DNA from: an uncultured SAR86 cluster bacterium
GTDB taxonomy: Bacteria; Pseudomonadota; Gammaproteobacteria; Magnimaribacterales; D2472
NCBI GenBank assembly: GCA_902514105.1
Contig: CABXPU010000003.1
Span: 621 to 64,620, forward strand
Length of the DNA: 64,000 nucleotides
Direction: 5' to 3'
Part shown: in pieces, positions 1 to 8,063 of the stretch
How the letters are laid out: every line of letters begins with the position of its first letter
Position numbering within the stretch: position 1 is the first letter of the stretch
Position numbers and translations under genes: made by a program
The notes under the pieces: model-generated
What the model was told of the DNA's origin: nothing
Database searches by the model: none
The model's input: the letters and a program-made list of their open reading frames with translations, nothing else

Positions 1-269
1 ACAGTGTTTCTCTTTACTTTAACCTTAGAAGAAGAGATACTTTTCTTCTTCTCAAACACATGCTTTCCATAATCTAAAAGTTTACATACTACTGGGTTTG
101 CATCTGATGGAGAGACTTGGACTAAATCAAGAGCAGCTGATTTAGCTGAATTCAGAGCAACATCAATTAAAACTATGCCTTGCTTATCTCCATTTTGATC
201 AATAAGCATAACTTCAGAAGCCCTGATCTTTTCATTGATTGGTGTATTATTTTTCTTAGATGAAGCTAT
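1..269 (-). CDS. infC: Translation initiation factor IF-3 (5' part; runs off the window edge), non-canonical ATA start
   Basis: Manual translation: (M)ASSKKNNTPINEKIRASEVMLIDQNGDKHGIV...LDLVQVSPSDANPVVCKLLDYGKHVFEKKK, the IF-3 N-domain signature. In-frame TAG at 281-279 and no ATG before the conserved region. Not in the ORF track. Confidence 0.93.
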   Translation of the reverse strand, partial: MASSKKNNTPINEKIRASEVMLIDQNGDKQGIVLIDVALNSAKSAALDLVQVSPSDANPVVCKLLDYGKHVFEKKKSISSSKVKVKRNT

Positions 270-401
270 GAGAATAACCTATAGAGAGTATTGAGCATTA
301 ATGAATTAGCAAGATAATATCTTTAATTTATATGTACTTATTCTTTTATTCATAATTAGATGGTGATTTTAAACTAATTGATTGATTACGCAAATCTTTT
401 C

Positions 402-998
402 TTAGGGCTGAATAATTATATGCTCCCAATTTTTATCCCTTATTTGATAGACGTCTCTTTTATTTAGCCTTGAATTATTTCCTTCCCAAAATTCAAAATA
501 ATATGGGGTAAATGAAAAGCCACCCCAGTAATCAGGACATATTAATAAATCATTGTTATCCATAGTATCGTTATATTTTCTAATTACATGCTCGTAAGAT
601 TTAATTTCTTGCGATTGATTTGAACTGATCGCTAATACATTTTTAGCAATAGATCTATTTTTGAAGTACTCCTGATTGTATTCGATCGAGGTTTTGGTTA
701 TTTCTGATTTCATCCTTATTTGAACATTTATAAATGGCCAATAAAACAATGCGCTGATTTGTTTATGAGAATCAAAAGCGATTGATTTGGGAGAATTATA
801 ATTACTAAAAAAAATAAACTGTTTATGGTCAATAAACTTGAGATTTACAAATCTTGAATCTACTTCTGCCTCTTCTTTGTTGTAGGATGAAATAGCAATA
901 ACTTCAATATTTTTTTGTTCCGCATTCATAGCCCTATCGTAATGTTCTTTAAAAATTAAATATGGAACTTCTTGACTTAGGTTATTAAATTTAATCAT
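402..998 (-). CDS. pdxH: Pyridoxamine 5'-phosphate oxidase
   Basis: SRFVNLK, FFSNYNSPK, LFYW...QIR, CPDYWGGF, FEFWEG..SRLNKR motifs. Confidence 0.85.
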   Translation of the reverse strand: MIKFNNLSQEVPYLIFKEHYDRAMNAEQKNIEVIAISSYNKEEAEVDSRFVNLKFIDHKQFIFFSNYNSPKSIAFDSHKQISALFYWPFINVQIRMKSEITKTSIEYNQEYFKNRSIAKNVLAISSNQSQEIKSYEHVIRKYNDTMDNNDLLICPDYWGGFSFTPYYFEFWEGNNSRLNKRDVYQIRDKNWEHIIIQP

Positions 999-1024
999 AA
1001 GAATCAGTTTTTTTAATTATTATA

Positions 1025-1906
1025 CTATTGATAGAAAGAATTTTTTTTAATACTACAAAAGAGAGATGAAGTTTTTATTTTAAAATCTGAATAATGGGAA
1101 GCCAAAAAATGCATAGTTTTATTTTGTGATCTTAGATCAGTGACAAGTGCATGATCTACCATAAATTTTTTATATTCTTTTGTTCTTCCAGAAAATATAT
1201 ATTCAACTGAATTTGCCCAACTGATCATGGGAACATTTCCAGTAATTGGAATTAAACAAGAATGAACCTCACTTTCAAATGTTAATGGGAAAGAAATATA
1301 TACAGGTTCAATTATATTTATTTTATCTGCAATGAATTCTAGATCTTTAGGACTTGAACAGTCTGAATTGGAGAAAATGCTTTTAGGTAAATAAAATGCA
1401 GTATTAAATCCTTCTTCATTTAATATTTTTAAAACTGCAAGATTTCTAGATTCTATAAGAAATTGATCAATGCTTAGTGAAGATTCTTCCTTAATTGCGT
1501 TAATATTTGTTACTAGATCATTAACATTTGATGAGTCAAGATTCTTAACATCTAACCAATAATCATGTTCTTTTGGATCATCTAGTAGGCTAATTAAATT
1601 TCGAAAAGAAAAATTAATCGAAATATGTTCAGGGAAATGAAAAATATCTAAATTATTCCTATCGATATATATATCAACTTCAAAATTTTTATAATATTTA
1701 GCATATTCTACTAGTCTGGTTGGTGAATTTGTTGAATGGACATAAATATTAGAAGGTAAGTCTCTTTGCCGAAGAAAGTTATGAAGTTTAATATCAGTCT
1801 CTTTCAGTTCGCAGCTATAAGGGTTATATGGTAAATATTTAATAAATAGAAAAAAAATAACTATAAAAAAAATTAAAGTTATTAAATATTTATTAATTCT
1901 TTTCAT
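1025..1906 (-). CDS. Membrane-anchored hypothetical protein, probable PLC-like/GDPD-type phosphodiesterase domain
   Basis: N-terminal hydrophobic anchor; the HSTNS...FEVDI...FH...WLDVKN...IES pattern resembles PLC-like phosphodiesterase TIM barrels. Confidence 0.5.
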   Translation of the reverse strand: MKRINKYLITLIFFIVIFFLFIKYLPYNPYSCELKETDIKLHNFLRQRDLPSNIYVHSTNSPTRLVEYAKYYKNFEVDIYIDRNNLDIFHFPEHISINFSFRNLISLLDDPKEHDYWLDVKNLDSSNVNDLVTNINAIKEESSLSIDQFLIESRNLAVLKILNEEGFNTAFYLPKSIFSNSDCSSPKDLEFIADKINIIEPVYISFPLTFESEVHSCLIPITGNVPMISWANSVEYIFSGRTKEYKKFMVDHALVTDLRSQNKTMHFLASHYSDFKIKTSSLFCSIKKNSFYQ

Positions 1907-1911
1907 CCTAA

Positions 1912-3510
1912 TTATTTCGGTCTTGATTCATTAAAATACAAATCTTGCATAAGATTATATTCTTTTAATTCTCCATAGGCATTAAGTACTTTGTGAGCAT
2001 CTTTCTTGTCTATATATTTGTATTCGTATCCAAGAGAATAAAATATAAAATCTGCTGTAAATTGCGTATTGAAAACTTTTTTTCGATCAAAATTAAATGA
2101 ATCAAAGAAAAATTTACTATGTTTTGCTTCTTCAGTTGTGTCATATATAAAAAAAGGAACCTTATACTGATCTTTTGAGGAAATGGAAAGTCCGTGACCA
2201 TGTCCAACAACCTCACCATGATCTGATAAGTAAACTAATAATATTTTTTTATCAGAAAGACTTATCATCTCAATAAGATTATTAAGGAGCTTATCAGTTT
2301 TCATAATAGTTGCATCATATTCTGATGTTTTACTCCCCAAAGCATTCATATGTTTGAAATCTTGCTCGAAGTAATTTTCATATTTTAAATGTGATCCAAA
2401 TAAATGAAGAATAGTAAAATTTTTTTTATCGCTATCAAGGTCTTTTATGATTTGTTCAAAAATATAGTCATCATTACTATCGAAGATGAATTTATTAGAT
2501 GATCGTGCAATTTTTGAGGTCATAAAATTTGTTAATCCATGCTGTGGATGTGAAGAAAACCAAGAGGTATCAAAACCCTTTAATTTTGCTGCCGTGATAA
2601 TACTCATGTAATTCTTCTTTAAAGAAGAATTTGATTTAGATAATGTTAAAATTTTCTTATGCGAATAACGAGTTATAGGAGAAACCGATATTGCATCATC
2701 AAGCCAGATCAGATTTGGATTTTTCTTTTTTAAATCTAAAAGCGGGCTTGTTGGATATTCGTATCCATAAAAAGAATAATGATTTTTTGAGGCTGACTCA
2801 CCAAGTATTAAATATACAGAATCATATACTGAAGTTATTCCTAAGTTAATATTCTCAGGCAGTTTTGTAATTTCAGGCTGATTGATCACAGAAACTTCTT
2901 CTAGATATCTAAAAGTAAGAGTGATTGGATGAAATATTGACCCTCGATAGAGTAAACCAAATGCCTGAACTGGACTTTCTTTAAACCTAGAAGAAAAGTT
3001 TTTGTTATCACTTAAATCAAAAAATAGAAATGGACATATTAAAACAAAGACAAAACTGACAAAAAGCATCTCCTTTTTAAAATAATTAGCACTATATTTA
3101 ATTGTAGAAAAAATAAATAAAAAACTTATTAGTGCTGAAATAAAAAAATTTAAAATACCGAATTGTCTTAAAAAATTTAAAGCTTCGACTTGGCCGGTTT
3201 CAATCAATGATGAAAATGCACCAATACTTAAAATTCCATCATAAACTAGTGAAGATGATAAGTTTATAAAAAATAAAAGGCCTAGTAATAGCCTTGTAAT
3301 AATACCTAATTTTCCTTGAATAGAGAGAAACATAAACAAGACAAAATAAGACAACAAAATATTATAAAAATAGAGCTTACTATGTAACAACATATAATCA
3401 TTAAAGAAATTTATAGCAAACGGTATAAAGAATATAATAGATGAAATTATTAATTTATAACGATAAAAAGTTTGAACAAAAATGTTTATGAAAGAATTAA
3501 ATATACTCAT
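1912..3510 (-). CDS. Phosphoethanolamine transferase, EptA/CptA family
   Basis: About 5 N-terminal TM segments; LILGESAS..HYSFYGY..PTSP, catalytic-Thr region SPITRYS, HLFGSH, YLSDHGE. Confidence 0.85.
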   Translation of the reverse strand: MSIFNSFINIFVQTFYRYKLIISSIIFFIPFAINFFNDYMLLHSKLYFYNILLSYFVLFMFLSIQGKLGIITRLLLGLLFFINLSSSLVYDGILSIGAFSSLIETGQVEALNFLRQFGILNFFISALISFLFIFSTIKYSANYFKKEMLFVSFVFVLICPFLFFDLSDNKNFSSRFKESPVQAFGLLYRGSIFHPITLTFRYLEEVSVINQPEITKLPENINLGITSVYDSVYLILGESASKNHYSFYGYEYPTSPLLDLKKKNPNLIWLDDAISVSPITRYSHKKILTLSKSNSSLKKNYMSIITAAKLKGFDTSWFSSHPQHGLTNFMTSKIARSSNKFIFDSNDDYIFEQIIKDLDSDKKNFTILHLFGSHLKYENYFEQDFKHMNALGSKTSEYDATIMKTDKLLNNLIEMISLSDKKILLVYLSDHGEVVGHGHGLSISSKDQYKVPFFIYDTTEEAKHSKFFFDSFNFDRKKVFNTQFTADFIFYSLGYEYKYIDKKDAHKVLNAYGELKEYNLMQDLYFNESRPK

Positions 3511-3597
3511 TAAAATAGATCCATTAAATAAAAATATTTGAAGCTAGGTAAGATTATATAGTTACAGGTTAACGATAGTTGATTTGGGCTCTTGAAA

Positions 3598-4002
3598 TCA
3601 ATAAAGCAAACTTAATGGCACTGATATTTCTTTTATGGGAGGATAAAATAAATGCCGAGTAGTTTTATATGGAAACTTCTTGTTGGCATTAATCATCGAA
3701 AAAACATCAGCAATTTCAATATTATAGTCGCTTCGCCAAGAAGTTAATACTACACCGCTTTTATAGTAATCCATAAGCAAGCATGGAACTCTTACAAATT
3801 CCAATAGTTTAGCCGCTTTTAGACGATGGTGGCCATCCATAATTGCTAGCGAAGAGCGCTCAATTGCAATTGGGACTGTCCAAAAACCCAATTCAAGAAT
3901 CGCTTCTGCAAGACGAGCAGCGGCAGCAGCATCATGCTCTTCAGTTTCTTGTATTCGTTCCATGCTTATCAGTTCCAAATGACGCATATAAATCCTGACC
4001 AA
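3598..4002 (-). CDS. Small ParB/Srx-fold protein of the SerK/SbnI free-serine-kinase type
   Basis: ETEEH, PIAI, MDGHHR, LTSW and C-terminal FPYKTTRH; no HTH domain. TTG start, with an alternative ATG 15 nt downstream. Confidence 0.7.
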   Translation of the reverse strand: MVRIYMRHLELISMERIQETEEHDAAAAARLAEAILELGFWTVPIAIERSSLAIMDGHHRLKAAKLLEFVRVPCLLMDYYKSGVVLTSWRSDYNIEIADVFSMINANKKFPYKTTRHLFYPPIKEISVPLSLLY

Positions 4003-4016
4003 ATAGATTGAATAAA

Positions 4017-5810
4017 CTAAGACAAGGCTTTAAGGCTTGATATTAAAGCTTCATTGTCACGAGTATCTCTTACTGCAACACGAATATAATCACCATCTAC
4101 ACTACCTTTTCCTGAACAGTCTTTAATGAGGATAGAATATTTGTTACAAAGATCTGAAGCCAATAGACCAGCATCTTTTCCAACTACTTTACAAAAAATA
4201 TAATTCGCTTGCGATTCATACGGTTTCAAATAATCTATTTCTTGCAAATCTTTCATTAACTGGTTTCGGGCTTGTATAAGTTTTATGCAGCCTGCCTGAT
4301 ACTCAGACTCGTACTTACCAATAATCTGCATATAAAATTCAGCGATCGAGTTGATATTCCATACAGGTATGTGAGACTTTACACTTTTTACAAGATCTAT
4401 ATTTGAGCTTGCTAAAACTCCTAACCTGAGCCCACCAACTCCATAACTCTTTCCAATGCTTTTAATGACAACCAAATTTGGAAACCGTTCTAAGTCAGAG
4501 GTATTGAGTACGGAAGAATCAAAGCCATTTTCAGCAAAATCAAGAAATGACTCATCTAATACCAGATACTTACCCTTAGTATGTAAATCTTCTAATATAT
4601 CTATTATTTCTTGATAAGGGATGAAATTGCCTGAGGGATTATCAGGATTAATCAGTATGACTCCATCATTTTCATTAGCTAAAGAGATAACATCATCTTT
4701 TCCGTATCTAAAGCCCTCGTTCTTTGGAACTCTAAGATCTATATCTTTAAATCTAGCCGTATATTCTTCAAAAGTAGGGCCATATAAACCAAATCTCCCT
4801 TTTAGAGATTTCGTTATAATTTCGATTAATTCAGCAGCGCCATTACCAAGAACAATATGAGTGGTAGGAATATCAAACATTTTGGCCGCAAGCATTGCTT
4901 GAACCTTCTCTCCTGAAGGATATGACTGTACAAGACGATTCAGACTATACTTAAGCTCATTACTTAAGGACTCAGGTGGAAAGAAGGGGTTGACCAGATA
5001 ACAAAAGTCTTTAAGGTGGTTAAATCGCCAAAAACCACCATATCTTTGTGAAAGTAGTTTATAACGTTCCTCCGGTGCTGCAAAAATTAAATTAGCAGTG
5101 TCAAGATCTTGAGCATCATCTACCTCATACCATTTTTCACCATTAAGAGGCAGGGCTTTTAAATGTTTCTCATCTAAATTAACAATTACTTTAAGCACTT
5201 GTTCATAATACTCATTATTACCAAGAGCCTTTGCATAAGCCTCCAGGAAAGGCACATAAAAATTGTTTAGGAATTGCTTTGAAAACTTGTAAATATTTAC
5301 AGTTTTATAATATTCATCTATATCAATATAATTAAAATCGGCTTTAGAAATAAAATGACTTATCGAGAAATCATCGCTTATTTTTACAACAGTGCCATCC
5401 ATCCAGGTTTTATATTTATCTACCAAGGCTAAATCTTCAGTTGGATTATTAATAATCATTTCAAATACTCTGGGCTCGAATATCAAATCACTTTCAATCA
5501 ATATAGTGTCGTCTTCGCACAGATGGTCTTTGGCTAAGAAAACAGAGTAGATATTATTAGTAGTAGCATAGTCATTATTTTCCACATAGATGATATCAAC
5601 CCCCTTATAACTTTCACCCAGGAAGTTTTTTAGCTTTTCCTTCTGATACCCAACAACTAAAATAATTCTGTCTATTGGGTGCTTTACAGCGATATCTAGG
5701 CATCGTTCTATCAGAGTCTTTCCATCCACCTCAACCATTGCTTTGGTTTTATGGGCAGTCTCCGTCCCTAGACGCTTCCCCATTCCCGCTGCTGGTATCA
5801 ATATTTGCAT
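4017..5810 (-). CDS. Fusion of a LicC-like (phosphocholine/phosphoethanolamine) cytidylyltransferase and a CobD/HisC-like PLP enzyme
   Basis: N-terminal half: PAAGMGKRLG, TKAMVEV, TNNIYS, ESDLIF, WYEVDD. C-terminal half: DFCYLVNP, GNGAAELI, PTFEEY, NPDNPSG, DESFLDF, KSIGKSYGVGGLRLG (PLP lysine). Confidence 0.88.
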   Translation of the reverse strand: MQILIPAAGMGKRLGTETAHKTKAMVEVDGKTLIERCLDIAVKHPIDRIILVVGYQKEKLKNFLGESYKGVDIIYVENNDYATTNNIYSVFLAKDHLCEDDTILIESDLIFEPRVFEMIINNPTEDLALVDKYKTWMDGTVVKISDDFSISHFISKADFNYIDIDEYYKTVNIYKFSKQFLNNFYVPFLEAYAKALGNNEYYEQVLKVIVNLDEKHLKALPLNGEKWYEVDDAQDLDTANLIFAAPEERYKLLSQRYGGFWRFNHLKDFCYLVNPFFPPESLSNELKYSLNRLVQSYPSGEKVQAMLAAKMFDIPTTHIVLGNGAAELIEIITKSLKGRFGLYGPTFEEYTARFKDIDLRVPKNEGFRYGKDDVISLANENDGVILINPDNPSGNFIPYQEIIDILEDLHTKGKYLVLDESFLDFAENGFDSSVLNTSDLERFPNLVVIKSIGKSYGVGGLRLGVLASSNIDLVKSVKSHIPVWNINSIAEFYMQIIGKYESEYQAGCIKLIQARNQLMKDLQEIDYLKPYESQANYIFCKVVGKDAGLLASDLCNKYSILIKDCSGKGSVDGDYIRVAVRDTRDNEALISSLKALS

Positions 5811-5892
5811 TTGTCAAAGCCCCCCCTTCGTTTCGTAAAAAAGGTTTTTCATAAAAAATTCAAAAAGTATAATAAAAATAACTTATTAACAG

Positions 5893-5922
5893 ATTATAAC
5901 CCTCATCGTGTCGAATAAACAA
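5893..5922 (-). promoter_or_regulatory. Putative sigma70 promoter for the cytidylyltransferase/PLP fusion cassette
   Basis: Minus strand TTGTTT-N18-TATAAT in the 178-nt gap upstream of 5810; AT-rich context makes chance matches likely. Confidence 0.35.
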
Positions 5923-5988
5923 AGACACAGTGGCGTCCTTAAAAAAATGATAAGAGTAAAATCCCCACAGTCTCAATTCAATCTAATA

Positions 5989-7008
5989 TTACTTATACCT
6001 TGGATATCCATCTAGATTTAATGACTGCCAACGCCAAGTATCTTCACACATCTCATTAAGCTCGTATTCTGCCTTCCAATTTATTTTTTCTTTCGCAAAA
6101 GTAGGATCAGCATAACAAATTGCTATATCGCCTAATCTTCTATCAACAATTTGATAAGGTATTTTTTTTTTCGAAGCTTTCTCAAAAGCCTTTATCATTT
6201 CAAGTACAGAAAATCCCTTACCTGTTCCTAAATTTACAATAAATACTTGCGGCTTATTTTTTAATGCTTGCAAAGATTTGACATGGCCCTTAGCTAAATC
6301 TACTACATGAATGTAATCACGCACACCTGTTCCATCTGGCGTGTCGTAATCCCCACCAAAAACACTTAACTTTTCTAATTTACCAACTGCTACTTGTGAG
6401 ATATAGGGTATTAAGTTATTTGGAACACCATTCGGATCTTCGCCAATTAATCCACTTTTATGGGCACCAATAGGATTGAAGTACCTTAATAAGGCTATAC
6501 GCCAACTATCGTCTGTCGCGAATATATCTTGAAAAAACTCTTCAATCATTAATTTTGATCTTCCATATGGGTTCTTTGCTGACAATGGAGAGTTTTCCTT
6601 AATTGGGACAGTTTGCGGATCACCATACACTGTAGCAGAAGAACTAAAGACAATAGTCTTACAATTAAACTCACACATCACATCTGTTAAAATAAATGTG
6701 CCGCCTACATTAGTATTATAATATTTAATAGGTTTCTCAACTGATTCTCCTACCGCCTTTAATCCTGCTAAATGAACTACTCCATCAATTGAATGTTTTT
6801 TGAATACCTTTATTAGTGCGGGTTTATCACATATATCCACGTTATAAAAAGGTATATCACAATCAGCCAGAATTTTTACACGCTTTAAAGACTCAAAGGA
6901 GGAGTTGCATAGATTGTCAACCACAATTACTTCGAAGCCAGCTTTAATCAGTTCGATACAAGTATGGGAGCCAATGTAACCAGCCCCACCTGTTACTAAA
7001 ATTTTCAT
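5989..7008 (-). CDS. galE: UDP-glucose 4-epimerase
   Basis: TGGAGYIGSH, AGLKAVGES, YGRSK, LRYFNP, GEDPNGVPNNL, DGTGVRDYIHV. Confidence 0.96.
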   Translation of the reverse strand: MKILVTGGAGYIGSHTCIELIKAGFEVIVVDNLCNSSFESLKRVKILADCDIPFYNVDICDKPALIKVFKKHSIDGVVHLAGLKAVGESVEKPIKYYNTNVGGTFILTDVMCEFNCKTIVFSSSATVYGDPQTVPIKENSPLSAKNPYGRSKLMIEEFFQDIFATDDSWRIALLRYFNPIGAHKSGLIGEDPNGVPNNLIPYISQVAVGKLEKLSVFGGDYDTPDGTGVRDYIHVVDLAKGHVKSLQALKNKPQVFIVNLGTGKGFSVLEMIKAFEKASKKKIPYQIVDRRLGDIAICYADPTFAKEKINWKAEYELNEMCEDTWRWQSLNLDGYPRYK

Positions 7009-7079
7009 AAAGTCTTTAATCTTAATCTATACAGTAAATTAAAAATACCAATCTCCCCTTTATAAATTATGTATCGGGT

Positions 7080-8063
7080 TTAAAACAAATCAGTAGCTCT
7101 TTTCACTATGTCATTGGTGGAAATATAATAATCCTTTTCAAGGACTCGCGAAGTTGGTGCTGGCGCATCTGGCAAAGCCATCCTAACAGGTGGTATTAAC
7201 AAAGAATCAACAGGTAATTTTTCTAGAACTTTAGCAATAATCTCTGCTGAAAAACCGCCTGATAGCCAACCAGAGTCAATAACTAAAAATCTTCTAGTCT
7301 TTTTAACAGAGTTAATAATTACATCAGCATCAAGTGGATTTAATATTCTTATATCAATAACTTCTGCCGATATATTTTTACTATCAAGTTGTTTTGCAGC
7401 CTCTCTTGCAAGCAGGGAAGTATGGCCCGATGAAACAATAGTAATATCTGAGCCATCTTGAGTAATCATTGGTCTTTGTGATAATAAATCAAGTTCAACT
7501 ACTGGAGATAAATCATCCTCCTGCTCGTATAACCATCTATCATCAATGTACATAACTGGATCTTTACATAAAACAGAGGCTATCAATAAATCTCGGGCAT
7601 CTGAGACAGTTGACGGCATAACAACACGAAGACCGGGAACGTGGGCAAACCATGCATGCAACGCTTGTGAGTGTTGTGCGCCCTGCTCACCTCCACGATT
7701 AATAATACATCTAATTGTCGCTCCAGGATGTGCCTGCCCACCAAACATGTGAGACCATTTAGCAGCTTGATTAACTATGGGGTCAATTGCATAAAGCATA
7801 AAATCCATACGCGGATGAACTACAATAGGTTTCATTCCAGCAAGCGATGCTCCAACTGCAGCACCTGTGCACGCGGATTCTGAAACTGGAGTATCAATAA
7901 TACGCTTAATGCCAAACTTTTTATCTAAATCTGTCATTGAGTTTCCCACATACCAAGGACTCCATAGCCCTTGTCCAATTACAAAAACCTCAGGATATTT
8001 TTCTAATAAATATTCAAACGCTGCCAAGATAGCAGTACCGTAATTATGTTTTTTAACTGTCAT
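7080..8063 (-). CDS. TPP-dependent E1-beta-like (transketolase C-terminal) subunit
   Basis: IIDTPVSE, GAQHSQ, VPGLRVVMP, DPVMYID. Start set at ATG 8063 (MTVKK), overlapping the alpha-subunit stop. Confidence 0.88.
   Translation of the reverse strand: MTVKKHNYGTAILAAFEYLLEKYPEVFVIGQGLWSPWYVGNSMTDLDKKFGIKRIIDTPVSESACTGAAVGASLAGMKPIVVHPRMDFMLYAIDPIVNQAAKWSHMFGGQAHPGATIRCIINRGGEQGAQHSQALHAWFAHVPGLRVVMPSTVSDARDLLIASVLCKDPVMYIDDRWLYEQEDDLSPVVELDLLSQRPMITQDGSDITIVSSGHTSLLAREAAKQLDSKNISAEVIDIRILNPLDADVIINSVKKTRRFLVIDSGWLSGGFSAEIIAKVLEKLPVDSLLIPPVRMALPDAPAPTSRVLEKDYYISTNDIVKRATDLF

Noticed and set aside
270-401. att-like direct repeat of the tRNA-Leu 3' end at the far island boundary
   Set aside because: No copy of TGGTACCCGAGG or similar was seen here, and no integrase is present
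3598-4002. Chromosome-partitioning ParB or a DNA-modification/defence nuclease
   Set aside because: No HTH or dimerisation domain, no parA or defence neighbours; the KTTRH tail and context fit SerK/SbnI-like kinases better
4017-5810. Phosphonate biosynthesis or cobalamin CobD gene
   Set aside because: No PEP mutase, phosphonopyruvate decarboxylase or cob/cbi genes in the window
5820-5826. G7 tract (minus strand) at the SD of the fusion gene as a phase-variation switch
   Set aside because: Seven bases is short for slippage and it is adequately explained as a G-rich ribosome-binding site
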